From: the human T2T-CHM13v2.0 reference genome, Homo sapiens
Assembly: GCF_009914755.1 (NCBI RefSeq)
Contig: NC_060929.1
Length of the DNA stretch: 64,000 nt
Strand: one strand, 5' to 3'
Of the stretch, positions 40,240 through 59,270 are shown piece by piece. How positions within the stretch are numbered: the first letter of the stretch is position 1; each line of letters opens with the position of its first letter. A program made the translations under genes and the position numbers. The notes below the pieces were generated by a model. That model did no database searches. It saw only the letters and a list, made by a program, of their open reading frames with translations, and was not told the origin of the DNA.

Positions 40240-42100
40240 ATGTGTTCCTAGATTCTTTTTTCTATTTTGTCTACTGCCTATCTTTGTGGCAATACCAACT
40301 CTCTTAAATGCTGTGTTTTAAAAATAAATCTTACTATCTGGTAACTTCTATTTTCTTTAAGATCATCTTGACTCTACCTGGCTATTTACATGTTTATACA
40401 GTTTTCAGAATAAGCAATTTCTACAAAAGTTCTGCAGGGATTTTGATTGCAGCTGCGTTGGACCTACAGACCGTTTTGGTGAGAACGGACATTCTTACAA
40501 CGTGGAGTGTCGAAACCCATGAATATGATCTATCCCTCCATTGAGCTTCTGTGATTTCCCTCAGCAATGTTTTGTGGCATGGGCTCTTTGCACATCTTTA
40601 TTAGTCTTATTCTAGATGCATAAGCAACTTTAAACATTTATTAAGGAAAATCTCAAGTGTACACAAAAGTATAGGCAGTGGAAAATAGAAGTTGTTTTCC
40701 ATCCCTAGCTTACTATAAGCTTGATTGTGAATGGGTGTTGAATGTCACTAAATGGCAGTTCTGCATCCTTTGAGAAGATCATGTTTTCCCCTTTTCTACT
40801 GCTCATATTTTGATTTACTGTGTTAATCATGCTTTTTTGTTTTCTGCATTTGGTGCCTGGACACACTGGGGCCTTACTGATCCTGGAAGGACCGCCCCTC
40901 CCAGGCTGGCTCATTCTCAGACACAGTCACAGATGCTCTCGAGCTCACCTTTCCTCTGCAGACCAACCAACCCAGAGCCCAGGCCCCAGCTGCCTCCTTA
41001 CTGGGCTCTCATATTCTGGACCCTGTGCACCTGCCCTACTCACCCCAGGGCAGGTACCAACAGCGAGGAACTGCCCCTATGTCCCAGAGCCCACAGAAAT
41101 TACTCAGACTGGCAGGTCCTAACCCTTCTTGCCCTGCCTTGCCCATTCCTCCCCACAGAAACCACAACACAGGCTCAGCCCATGTTTCCCAGCTCCCTCT
41201 GCCTCCTAAAGGACCCTGCTACATCCCCATGTGGCCATGCCTGGGGTGCCTTACTCCTGTTTCTGGGGAATCTGTGAGTGTGCAAACGTCTTCCCCCACG
41301 ACAGGCACTTATGTGTCTGTGCGTCTAACCACACCTGATTCACACAAATCCTGGCTGTGCTTACAACATTTACACGGATTGGTTTTTTCATGTTAAACCA
41401 CCATAACATTCATGGAATTAATACAACTTTTGTTGTGTAATATTCTTTTTATATATCACTGTCGTCGATTAGCTAATATTTTGCTGCTTAAGATTTTTGT
41501 ATCTATATTCATGAGAGAAAATGGCCTGTAACTTTCCCTTCTTGTAACATCCTTGCCATGTGTTGGCTAGAAAGTTATGCTGTCCTCACAGAATGAGCGG
41601 GAAGAGTCGTGGGAAGAGTCTCCACTCCCTTTTTAAAACATCCCTGGAAGACTGTTATTGTTTCCTCCCTAAATTTATGGTAGAATGTATCACTGAAGCC
41701 ATTTGGTCTTGGACTTTCTTTTGGGAGGATATTTTAAAATTATTCGTACCAAACTGAACTGGGGTCTGTGTACACTAAGGTCAACATCCACATCTAATGA
41801 TGAGAACATCAGGAATCTACTTTCTTAGCAATTTCAAAGCATACAATACATATTATTAACTATAGTCACCGTGCTGTGAGATAGATCTCAAAAATGTATC
41901 CCTCCTAACTGAAACTGTGTATACTCTTTCACCAAAATCTCCCCAGGCCCCCGAGCCCCAGCCTGTGATCCGCCTTTGTATGCTCTGCCTTCATGAGTGT
42001 GTTTTAGATTCTAGATACGAGTGAGATGTGCGGAATTTATCCTTCTGGGCCTGGCTTATTTCACTGAGTGTAGAGTCCTCCAGGCTCATCTGTGTTGTCA
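40240..42100 (-). mobile_element. Old L1 ORF2/3' fragments with an LTR-like insert (~40817-41372)
   Basis: Minus-strand L1 motifs (GGATTTTGATTG, AATGGGTGTTGAAT, TATATTCATGAGAGA, CTGGCTTATTTCACTGAG). Confidence 0.65.
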
Positions 42101-43027
42101 TGGAGGAGCTCACAGCAGAGGAGGGGCTGTGGATGGAGTCTTTGGAAGGTCGGAAGAGTAAAGGGGAGCTTTAGATGTTTCTCTGTAGATTGGTTAAGTT
42201 TCAGTAGGAGGAGACAGAGAGGCAAAGTAAGTTCCCGGGGGAGAACAGCTTGATCGAAAGTGTGGAGGGGAAACACCAGGCCCCTGCACAGACCAAGGGC
42301 AGAGCAGCTGGCTGTGGAGGGATGGCCCAGAGGGAGGCTCGGACAGAGGGAGGCTGGCATTGTAGGGAGATTCTGTAAAGCCCGCTTTGCTGTCCCTGGA
42401 ACCAGCATGACCAAGGCCTGTTTTCCTAGGTCCTCAGCGTCCACTCCCTACACTGGCCCCTCTCCCCACAATCCGTCTCCCCTCAGCCCTCTGATCTGAC
42501 TGAGGTTCTCTGTGGTTTTGTCTCCAGCTGAAGCCCCCAGTAGCTTTGAATGGCAGGTGAAACACGCTTTATTGCTGTTGTGAAAATAAAAGGAAACCAG
42601 TAAAATAAAACCAAACAGTTAAAAGGAACTGATGAGTTGGTGATTCCGCCATTGAGTTTCCAATGAATTTGCCATTTTGAAAAGAGATCTATTTCCAGGA
42701 GACATAAAGCCAAGCACAGAGTGACCTTTACGGTCACTCTTGAGAGTGAAAGGCAGTGCAGCCTGTGCCTGCACGGGTGGCAGCATCGGAACCGTGCACC
42801 TCAGCCCTCTCCCCAGCAACCCACGAAGGCACTGGCCCTGCAGAAATGCCTGTCAGGGTTTGTGATGACCGAGGCCCACATGCCTCCACCCGACTCCTCT
42901 GGATGTGGTGCTGTTCTTTCCCTCCCATGAGGTATGAGATGGAGACCCCATGAGGGCGCTGGGGCTCACTGGGAAGTGCTGAATGTGGGGATCCTGTAGA
43001 ACACCAAGAATATCCTCTGCATTCCTG

Positions 43028-47399
<4,372 letters not shown>

Positions 47400-50350
47400 C
47401 ATGTATTCCTGTGCCCTGCATCCTTCCTCCCCCAGCTGGGTTTCCTCACGCTGTCCCCACTGGCCCTGCTCCTGTTCCTGTCCCCAGGTCCCTCTGTGGG
47501 TCTTTTTAATTGTAATCTTGGGAGCACCTCTTCCAGGGCTGGAGTCTGTGGGGTCCCCTGGGAGCTGAGGTCTGAAGTCAGCTTCCCCTCCTCACCCCGT
47601 GTCTGGGTTCAGTACCTATGTGGGCAGTGGGAGGCGGTTCTGGAACCTGGCCAGAGCCAGGGTGTCCTGGAGGCAGGTGGGAATCCTGGGTGGGCTCAGG
47701 GCACTGCTCCTGGCTCCACCTCTCCTGCCAGCACCAGCTCCTTCCCTGAGCCTGTTTCTCCCTCTGAGAGGAGGCTGTGGTCTGTGTGAGCCTCGCTCTC
47801 TGAGCCTGAGGGGCCACTGGAGGCTGAGGGTGCCGTGGGCTCCACAGCCCGATGAGTAGTCGGTGCGGGCTGAGGAAGGAGGTTGGGGCTGCGGCTCCTC
47901 CTGTCCCCTGACCCAGTGGGAGCAAAAACAGGAGGATGAGTGCATGGCTCTGATGCTAGGAACTCCTCCACAGGTGACTCTGCTGAGTTTGTTCCCCTGC
48001 AGGGACCCACCCACAGGTGAGTGAGGGTCTTGTCCTGTCGTCCCCTCTCTCTTCCCTGCAGCTCCTGCTCCCGTTGCTGGTTCACGTCCCCATTTGTCTT
48101 GTTCATCAGCACTTGTTCTTCCTCCTACTGTCTGCCTCCATCAGGGTGTAATTGTTTGGATTTTTGGGGGGGCATCCGCCTTCTGGTGTGATGTCTCTCC
48201 TCACTCTTCTCGTCTTGTTCCTTTGACCCACTTCCCTCTCTCGATCCTTGGTGTCTTACTCCCCTTTTCCTGTCCCCCTCCCTCTGTCTGGGTTGGAGAC
48301 TGGGCTCTAGGTCCCTGGGGTGGAGAGTGGTCCACCGCAGGAAGACAAGGATGGATGTGTGGGGAGTGCGAAGGTGAAGGGATAGGAAGGAGGGGGCTGA
48401 TGTGGGACGGGGTCCTCTCATCCCCAGGAGAATATTGCAGAGACAGTTTCTTCTTCCATGTTGTGGTTTCTAGGAAAAAAAGTAAAGCCATTAGCTAAAC
48501 ACCCAGCAGAAAGGTCTGAAGTTAGAGAGCAGGAAAATGAGCCAGTGAGATGCAAGAATAAATTCAGTTGTATTTCATAAAACAATCATTATTCATTAAT
48601 CACGTGGTTACTGAGAGCACAATAGATGCCAGGCACTGGTCCAGGAGCCAGGGATCCCCCCACGAGCACCAGACGTGCCGGGGAACATGGGTCCTAGTTG
48701 GGAAAGCAGGAGAAAGTGTCTTCGTGGAGAGCATGGAGCCCGCCTCCTGGCTTTGTGTGCTGTGGGAGCCAAGATGGGAAGGGGAGGGAGGAGGAAGGAT
48801 TTCAACTCTAAATGGGTGCTGAAGGGAGGCCTTGCCAAGAAGGCGAGGAGGAGGTGAGGGAACAAGGCAGGGCCTGTCTGGGAAGAGCCTTCTGCACGGA
48901 GGTGAGGGCAAGGACCGAGGCCCTTGGATTGGCCTTGGCCTTGTCCTGCTGTGTGAGGGAATCCCGCAGGGAGGCCAGGGATCCAGGAGTCCACAGAGCT
49001 CTGGGGAGAGCAGAAGGAAAGGAGGTCTGGGTGATGACGGATGGCCTGCGGATGAGGTCTTGCATTTCCTCTGGAAGTTGTTTGGCTTTATTTTTGCAGG
49101 GGTGGGTCCACCCCAGTGCTATGTGACAGTAGCCTGGGGTGGGGGACTAGAGAGGACTTAGGAGGCAAGTCCACTTGGGGATCAATGCCATCCTCCAGGG
49201 AGGCTGCAAAGATCATGTGGCCAGGCGGGGGCTGGCAGGGGTGAGTGAGGGTCAGGGGTGGATATGTGGGGTGGATATGTTTTGGAAGAAGAGCCAGCAG
49301 GGGTTTCCAATGGTTGGGATGTGTGTGTGAGAGGAGAGGACTCCAGAATAACCTGAGTGCTGTGACCTGGGCAGCTGGACAGACCTGTCTTCAACCAAGC
49401 TGGGAAGGAGGACAGGACAAGTGTTTCTCCAGGGCAGACCAACAGCTCTGTTTGGCCACTTCAGGCAGAACAGCCCCACTGGCCATCTGGGGGGATGCTG
49501 AGTACACAGCGGGTGTAAGAATCTGAGTTCAAAGAAGCCATCCCGGATAGGGAGACAAATGTCTTTAGTGACTCACATAGCATTGCACAAGTTACCTCTG
49601 CAGAACCTGTCCTGGAAGCCCCACAGAACCTCCCTCGTCAGAGGCTCACAGGTATACCACAATTATCTTCCTTCCGCGGAGGACACAGCTATGTCTGCAG
49701 GGTCACAGAGAGATGGACACGGCCCACAGTAACTGGCAGCAGGGCTGGGTCTTGGGCCCATGGCTTCAGATGCCCTTTCCAGTTTTCTGTCTATTTTCAG
49801 TTTTTGCAAAGAAATAGAGAGAGTCACTTGTTACGTAAATGTGCTATAAGCATTTCTGAAGAAACATGGAAATGTAAACACGGAGTGAAAGGAAGAGAGA
49901 GATGGACAGAGAAAGAGAGAGAGAATCAGAAATAGAGACAATGCATGTCTTTGAAGGTGCAGGTGGCCTGTGCCTCTGAACACGGTAGTAGGGCTGGGCA
50001 TGTGCAGACAGGAAGGGGAACTTCTGCTGTGAATTTCTGGGGGACCTGGTTTGTTTTGCTGGTTGGTTGGGCCTCGGGCCCCTATGACCAAGATGGTGTT
50101 TGAAGACTGTGAGAACAGCAGTTTGCTTCTATAGAAAACCCCCACCACATCATACGTAGGTGTTGTTGCTGGCAAGGACCCCTGGGCACATCTTCTAGGG
50201 CACAAGTCAGGACGTGCTCCGCTCTGTGGAACACAGCTCAAGTGGCTAAATCCAAGGCTCTGCACCTGGGCAGGCGCATAAGAGTTGAGGACATTACTCC
50301 AGCTCTTTGCACAAAGAACATGTCCTGTGGAATGGCCTCATTTTGTCTTT
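47400..50350 (+). repeat. Right arm of the OR2V1/OR2V2 inverted duplication (also 42700-43027)
   Basis: Near-identical to the reverse complement of 30100-30812, with identity decaying outward. Confidence 0.92.
47495..48022 (+). promoter_or_regulatory. Putative OR2V2 promoter and noncoding first exon
   Basis: CTTTTTAATTG (TAATTG at 47507-47512); O/E site TCCCCTGGGA (47554-47563); donor CAG|GTGAGT at 48017; acceptor TTCTCAG|GTGAC at 54939/54940. Confidence 0.6.
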
Positions 50351-50704
50351 GCAGCGAGAAAAGTACCTGAATACACCTGCATGCAACTGTCTGGTATTTG
50401 AGCCTCTCACCCTTGTCTTTTGTAAACTGAAGACATGCGCTGGCAGTCACAGTTCTGCATGGGAAGGAAGCTAGCACTGGCCTCTGCTACGCTCAGGTCA
50501 GGAGAAAGCTCCCCTCAGTAAAGGGGAAATCCTCTGCTTTCGGAACATGGAAACTGCAGCTGCATTTCACTTCATGGTATTGTTTTACTCAGCACGCAAC
50601 TGAGTATCACAGTGGGACCATCTTAGAGACAGAGCAGAGAGCAAACCAGACCAGGAGCTGCTGTTCTCAGGACACTCAGCCAGTGGAATAGAGCAGATGA
50701 TTCA

Positions 50705-50848
<144 letters not shown>

Positions 50849-53590
50849 TTAGCCGAGCACGATGGTGCGCACTTGTGGTCCCAGCTACTCGGGCAGCTGA
50901 GGTGGGAGGATTACTTGAGCCCAGGAGGTGCGACTTACAGTGAGAGCCTTGACTGCACCACCGCACCCCACCCTGGACCACCCTGTCTCGACAACAGGAA
51001 AAAAGCCCCACAGATAAGTAAGCATGCAGAGTATCAGGCAGTGATGAGAGCTGTGGAGTGAAAGCAAGCAGGGAAGGAGGGCAGCCTGGGGCGCTTTGCA
51101 GCAAAGTTCTCAATGAGCAGAAGACACGTGGGGGAGACCTGAAGGAGGGTGTAGACAAGTGGGGAAGATGCTCCGTGCAGAGGGAGCAGGAAAGGCCCTA
51201 AGGTCAGATGCATCTGGCGTGCTCCAGGAAGAAAATAATAATAAAAGGGCCTGGCAGATGAGACATCCAGAGTCAGGGGTGAGGGCAGACAGCTGCGGGA
51301 GGGGAAGTGGGGGGATCCTGGAAGGGCGTTGGCCCTTGCTGGGAGTGTGTTGGGAGCCAGTGGCATATCCTGAGCACAAGACTGACACCATCTGGCTTAA
51401 GTTGCAGGCGATGCCTTCGCCCTCAGTCTGCTGGGTGAAGCCAGGGACCAATCAGGAGGCTGTACTGACCCCAGCTGCAGCCCTCAGCAGCACATGCATT
51501 GTGCCAAAGAGGTGCCACGTGCATGGGAAGGGATCGTCTGGTGGGGTCAGGTGGGGGCCCTTCGTGGCAAAAGTGGACTTGAGCTGAGCCCTTAAGGACA
51601 TCAGCATTAATAAGATGAGAGGAGGGGACATGACTTTTGTAGGGCGCGCAGCTGAAAAATACTGCTTGGTTGTTTTCTGTCTGAGGTGTCAGCAAGACAC
51701 GCAGCTGTATATGTTCTGTAGGAAATTTGCAGTTGAAGCTGGGGCTGGGAGGGGCGTCTGGGATCCCATGACGGCTTTGGCATTACCGGGAGGCTGACGC
51801 GGAAAGATCAGCTGATGCAAGGCGTTCAAAACCCTGTCTCTATGAAAAATAAAAAATTAGCTAGGTGTGGTGGTGTGCGCCTGTAGTACCAGCCACTCAG
51901 GAGGCTGAGTGAGGAGGATCTCTTGAGTCAAAGAGCTCAAGACTGCGGTGAGCTGATCATGCCACTGTGCTCCAGTCTGGGAGACAGAGCGAGGCCCTGT
52001 CTCAAAAAAAAAAAAAAAAAAATCAAAGGCTTTGGGTTTATCCGTCTATCTCCGATCTGCTGAGAAGAGGCGGGGCTCTAGTGACAGGCAGCACACACTC
52101 AGAAAAATCACATTCAGTGTCCCAGCCACAGTACTCACATCCATTTTCCTTTTGGCCTCATAGTGATCCTGCAATAAAGGTACAGTGGTTATTAAAATGG
52201 ACCCCCTTACAAAGGAGGAAACGGAGGCTCTGAGAAGCTGGCTGCACAGCCCATGTTTAGTAAACGCAGAACCAAGATTGACAAAGAGTCTTTGAATGTC
52301 CGTTCTGGAAACTTAACTTTAGATCAGGCTGTTCCTGGGGAAAATATCCTGAGGGGGTAAGCCGCCTTATCTTGTAAAATTTCTCAGTTAGGAGCTTCCA
52401 GTTCCTTTTTCTCTGACTCTTGGCTCACCAAACAGCCTTCTTGTCTGAACTCTGAACAACTGGAGATGCTTTTGCTGAAGAGTGGCATTGGTGTCCTGTG
52501 AGATGCAGCTCTCGTTACAGGTGGACGCACACTCTCCTGTGGTTAGTAAGTTCCTGACTTGTGAGTTGGTTAGTGTAAACACAATTCCCCAACCCTAGAG
52601 GAAAATCAGCATTGCATTTCCGGACATGCTGAATTCCAGGGACAACCTCGGTGATGATTAGTGACTCACGTCTAAAAACAGAATACGCAGAGCTGAAGGG
52701 ATGTGACTTCTGATGTGAGGTCACAAAATACCCCACTCCTCTCTAGGGCGATTTCCTTCCACTCTCTGGAGGATCACTTGCCCTGGCAGGAGGCAATGGC
52801 CACGTGGTGAGGCACCTGCGAGGAGGGAACAAGGTGCCAACAGCTGAACCAGAGCCTCAGGAGAGGCCTCAGGCCGGAGGCACCCAGATGAGCTTCACTG
52901 GATCCCTGGCCCACAGGAACCATGAGATAACAAATATGTGTTATTCTGTTTTAAGCTGCTCAGTGTTGGAGCTATTTGTTACAAAGCAGTAGGAAACTCA
53001 TACAAAGTTAAGGGAGGAAAAGCGGGGAAGCACTGCAGTGCTGCGCTACTTACAGTGATGGTGCCTGACGGTGCAGGCCCGGATGGCTAAAGGGACAAAC
53101 AAATCGGAAGGAGGCAAATGAGAAATAGAACATGAAAAGGCCTAAGGAAAACTGGGAACTCCTTGGAGGGCGAAGACAAGGCTCAGCCGGGTGAGAGCGT
53201 GACGCCAGTGATAACAGACTCAGAGTCGGAATACGGTGATGTTTTCCGCTTGTTGTTTATAATGATCTGTTCTGTTATTTGCCTTGGCTTCAGATATTCT
53301 ACCGTCAAGGATGCTTTGTCTTTTTTAATATACATGATGTGATTTCCTGACTTGGCTTTGTCCGTGTAAAATCATATCATGTCTCTGGTGCCTCTCGATA
53401 CTAAGGTGTTTAGGACAAATTGTTTGGCAGGACATGGTGGCTCACACCTGTAATCCCAGCACTTTGGGAGGCCACGTCAGGCGGATCGCTTGGGCTCAGG
53501 AGCTCGAGACCAGCTCGGGCAAGATGGCAACACCCCATCTCTAATAAAAACAGAAAAAAAAAGTTAGCCTGGCATGGTGGCAGGCACCTA

Positions 53591-53728
<138 letters not shown>

Positions 53729-54328
53729 CTAAATATCAAGGGAAACCCCTCTTTATTAGCAGGCTCCAAATAAATCCATTGAAACTTTGATGAAGCAGTG
53801 AGGAAATGACTCAGAAATCCCAGTGAAGTATATCAGTTACAAGGATCTCATAAAGAAGGCACTTTGATTTCTACTAAAGATAACTTAGGAAGCAGGTATT
53901 ACCTATACTGATGTGCCAGCCTCTTCTACTGAAGCCCTGACTAAGGGATTATTTTCTAAGCCCCAGCATAACTGAAACCTCACTGTTCTTAAGACTCTTG
54001 GGCACCAAGTCATTGCTTCACCTCATTGGCCCTGTGACTTCCTGTCACTTGCGGTATGACTGACAATGACACCGTCCATCGCAACTCTTCCTTTCTCACG
54101 TGGGGCACAACAGGAGAACATCCTTTCCCTGTAGTCTGAACATAATAGAGTGGTAAGCATGAGAAAACTCTCAGAACATAGAGAGAGACTCCAGACTGAG
54201 GAGCAACTCCTGTTTCTTCCCTTCCTTTCTACAGCACACATGAATTATCTCCTGGGAATGAAATGGTCCCGGCCCCGTTAAACATTGTTTCCCAAGTCCA
54301 TGTGATCCCAGGTAAAAGATTCGGTATC

Positions 54329-54904
<576 letters not shown>

Positions 54905-54963
54905 TCAGTCAATGTAACACATCTTGTCCATATTCTCAGGTGACCAGGAGCAACAACCGAGCC

Positions 54964-55911
54964 ATGGAGACGTGGGTGAACCAGTCCTACACAGATGGCT
55001 TCTTCCTCTTAGGCATCTTCTCCCACAGTACTGCTGACCTTGTCCTCTTCTCCGTGGTTATGGTGGTCTTCACAGTGGCCCTCTGTGGGAATGTCCTCCT
55101 CATCTTCCTCATCTACATGGACCCTCACCTTCACACCCCCATGTACTTCTTCCTCAGCCAGCTCTCCCTCATGGACCTCATGTTGGTCTGTACCAATGTG
55201 CCAAAGATGGCAGCCAACTTCCTGTCTGGCAGGAAGTCCATCTCCTTTGTGGGCTGTGGCATACAAATTGGCCTCTTTGTCTGTCTTGTGGGATCTGAGG
55301 GGCTCTTGCTGGGACTCATGGCTTATGACCGCTATGTGGCCATTAGCCACCCACTTCACTATCCCATCCTCATGAATCAGAGGGTCTGTCTCCAGATTAC
55401 TGGGAGCTCCTGGGCCTTTGGGATAATCGATGGCTTGATCCAGATGGTGGTAGTAATGAATTTCCCCTACTGTGGCTTGAGGAAGGTGAACCATTTCTTC
55501 TGTGAGATGCTATCCTTGTTGAAGCTGGCCTGTGTAGACACATCCCTGTTTGAGAAGGTGATATTTGCTTGCTGTGTCTTCATGCTTCTCTTCCCATTCT
55601 CCATCATCGTGGCCTCCTATGCTCACATTCTAGGGACTGTGCTGCAAATGCACTCTGCTCAGGCCTGGAAAAAGGCCCTGGCCACCTGCTCCTCCCACCT
55701 GACAGCTGTCACCCTCTTCTATGGGGCAGCCATGTTCATCTACCTGAGGCCTAGGCACTACCGGGCCCCCAGCCATGACAAGGTGGCCTCTATCTTCTAC
55801 ACGGTCCTTACTCCCATGCTCAACCCCCTCATTTACAGCTTGAGGAACAGGGAGGTGATGGGGGCACTGAGGAAGGGGCTGGACCGCTGCAGGATCGGCA
55901 GCCAGCACTGA
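54964..55911 (+). CDS. OR2V2: Olfactory receptor 2V2 (315 aa, intact)
   Basis: GCCATGG start; METWVNQSYTDGFFLLG, MAYDRYVAISHPLHY, KALATCSSHL, PMLNPLIYSLRN; TGA at 55909-55911. Confidence 0.96.
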   Translation: METWVNQSYTDGFFLLGIFSHSTADLVLFSVVMVVFTVALCGNVLLIFLIYMDPHLHTPMYFFLSQLSLMDLMLVCTNVPKMAANFLSGRKSISFVGCGIQIGLFVCLVGSEGLLLGLMAYDRYVAISHPLHYPILMNQRVCLQITGSSWAFGIIDGLIQMVVVMNFPYCGLRKVNHFFCEMLSLLKLACVDTSLFEKVIFACCVFMLLFPFSIIVASYAHILGTVLQMHSAQAWKKALATCSSHLTAVTLFYGAAMFIYLRPRHYRAPSHDKVASIFYTVLTPMLNPLIYSLRNREVMGALRKGLDRCRIGSQH

Positions 55912-56060
55912 ACCCAGGGCATCCAGTGCCTGGCTCTGCCATCTCTTAGCTCCAGGGATGTCGGGTTAATAATTCTCTCATTTTCAGTCTTGGTTTCCTC
56001 GTGAATTATGATGATTGTGACACCCTCAGACTTGGAAGGTCTTTTTAAACACTACATCAG

Positions 56061-56061
56061 T

Positions 56062-56093
<32 letters not shown>

Positions 56094-56428
56094 TTGTTCT
56101 TTCTTTCGTTCTTTCTTTCTCTTCCTCTTTCTCTTTCTTTCTTTTTCTTTCAGTTCTTACTCTGTCACCCAGGCTAGAGTGCAGTGACACAATCTCGGCT
56201 TATAGCAGCCTTGATCTCCTGGGCTCAGGTGAGTCTCCAACTCAGCCTCCTGAGTAGCTGGGATTACAGGTGCGTGCCCCACACCTGACTAATTTTTTAG
56301 TAAGGGATCCACTATTGTTGTAGAGACAATGTTTTACTATGTTGCCCAGGCTGGTCTCGAACTCCTGGACTCAAGCAATCCACCTTCCAGAGTGCTGAGA
56401 TTACAGGCGTGAGCCACCACGCACAGCC
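56061..56428 (-). mobile_element. Alu with (CTTT)n tail
   Basis: CTTT repeat at 56061-56150 followed by a minus-strand Alu body. Confidence 0.85.
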
Positions 56429-57239
56429 AACATCAGTACTTTTTATCTGATGAAGAAACAACTTTTCCTCCCAATCTTTTGTGTACTAATTATTTTACAC
56501 TATACATTGAAAATGAATATAGGACATTGTAAATCAGCACTGTGCAGAAATAAGACATTGGGATTGCTGTCACTCATTATTTAAAATTGGAATTACTTCT
56601 ACTAGAAGAAGACGTTGAGCTGAGCCTCCTAACTCTCCTTGCTAATGTTTTATTCTGTGCTTACTCTGTGGGAGACTTCGCTCTGTGATCTATGTGTAGA
56701 CGTAGATCCCACCTGCATGATGTTTATATGATGTCTCACAACAGTTGTAGCCCAACCCTAGGGTCTTAAATGAACAACTTACAGATGACAGAAAATAAGC
56801 CTTTATAGTTCTCTTTAGAGAATGTCTACTCCTCACACTGGAAACTTCATAAAGACGTATTAAAAGCATACAAGTTGTCTTTGAGATAATGAGGGACAGG
56901 GTAGAGACATGCTTGCTTGTGTATTCAGTGGAAATCCCCCAAGCCTGCTGTCTCCTCACCACGTCCTAGCAGTGTGTGCTGCTCTGTGTCAGCTCAGCTT
57001 CTGTAAGGAGAAAACTGGCTGAACTCCTTCCCCTTCGGGGAATGAAGACTGGAGCATGGTGACAGAATTTCATCTGCTATTTGAAAACCTATTTTCAGAA
57101 TTTCAGTGTGAACTATTTGCAGGACTTGTATCCATCCTTCCAAGCTCTGTACCTGTCCTATTTGCAGTAAAATTCTCTTTTCATGGAAAAAAAATATCTC
57201 CATTGAAGGCGGAGAGAAAAGAGGCCAGAACTGGTCCTG

Positions 57240-57560
57240 AGGATTAGACTAAACCCCAGGGAGGTGTTTGCTGGGCTTCAGGCTTTGGAGAGGTGGAGGG
57301 AAGTGGCACCCAGGGCCTACCGTGGTTGACTTTAGATTGTCCACTCAGCTTAATTCTCACAGGAAACATTCTGTGGTGAAAATATTATGCCCATTTTACA
57401 GGAGAGGAAGCTAGGGCTCAAATCGGTAAGTCCCTGCCTCATCGTCCAGTTTTCTTCTTCACCTCCCCATGGGAAAGACTGGTTTGTCAGCGCAGCTGAG
57501 ATGAGCAAACAACTTCGGAGGAGGCTCCTTCCCTTGGGGGTTTAATTGCCTGAAAAGGTG
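57240..57560. promoter_or_regulatory. Cluster of O/E (EBF) and homeodomain motifs, candidate OR enhancer
   Basis: ACCCCAGGGA 57253-57262, CCCCATGGGA 57465-57474, TCCCTTGGGG 57530-57539 followed 3 bp later by TAATTG 57543-57548. Confidence 0.4.
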
Positions 57561-58366
57561 TCTCCAAGGACTGGTGAAAATAGAAGTAACTTTCCTTAGT
57601 CACGGGGCTGCAAGATTTTCCACTGTGTAGATGGATCTTAGTGTATTCTGTGACCACTTGCTGATATCACTTAGGTAATGCCCAACCTACCAAATTAATT
57701 TAAGCTCTATAATATCAAATATCTTTCTGTGTATTCTCCTCATTTTCATCATATCTTTTTGCCTTGTACACATTTCTATTTGCCCCAAATTCTTCTCTTC
57801 CAGGAAGCATCCCTGATTAACCTCATGCCCACTCAGATTTCTCTGGGATTTTGCACCCTTCAACCCGTAAGTACCTTGAGTGTTTCAACCACAACTCTTT
57901 ATCTATAGCCACTGAACCCCTAGACTGGAAGAAAATTTAGAGCAAACTTAATCCAGCCCCCTTCCGTGATGCAGAATTTTGGATCATAATCACCCAAGCA
58001 AAAGTTTCACCAGCCTTTACCTTATCTAGTCCCATGATGGGGAAATTCCTATTTCATTTTAATTGCATTTCATTGGCATAGGCTTGATGTCCTTAATTCA
58101 TTTCCCGCACAAGGACCAGGGAATTCCATTGAAAATTATCTACTGAACGCCACTAGCACCCAGAAATGTGGTAAGTTCCATGTCACAAAAAGGTTCCACA
58201 GGGTCCTCTTATGTCCAGGCACACACTTCAGTTCACTAATCAATGCTCCTTATGAAACAAGAGTTGCATAACTAGTCTCAGTGTGAGCAACTGCAAACTT
58301 AGAGATGTGTAATTGTTAGAGATTTGTAAGAAAATAATATAGAGAGGAAATACATGTGGGGGGGGG

Positions 58367-59270
<904 letters not shown>

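Noticed and set aside
54940-54963. 8-aa N-terminal extension of OR2V2 in the ORF track
   Set aside because: It starts at a GTG at the splice acceptor; the true start is the Kozak ATG at 54964, matching OR2V1.
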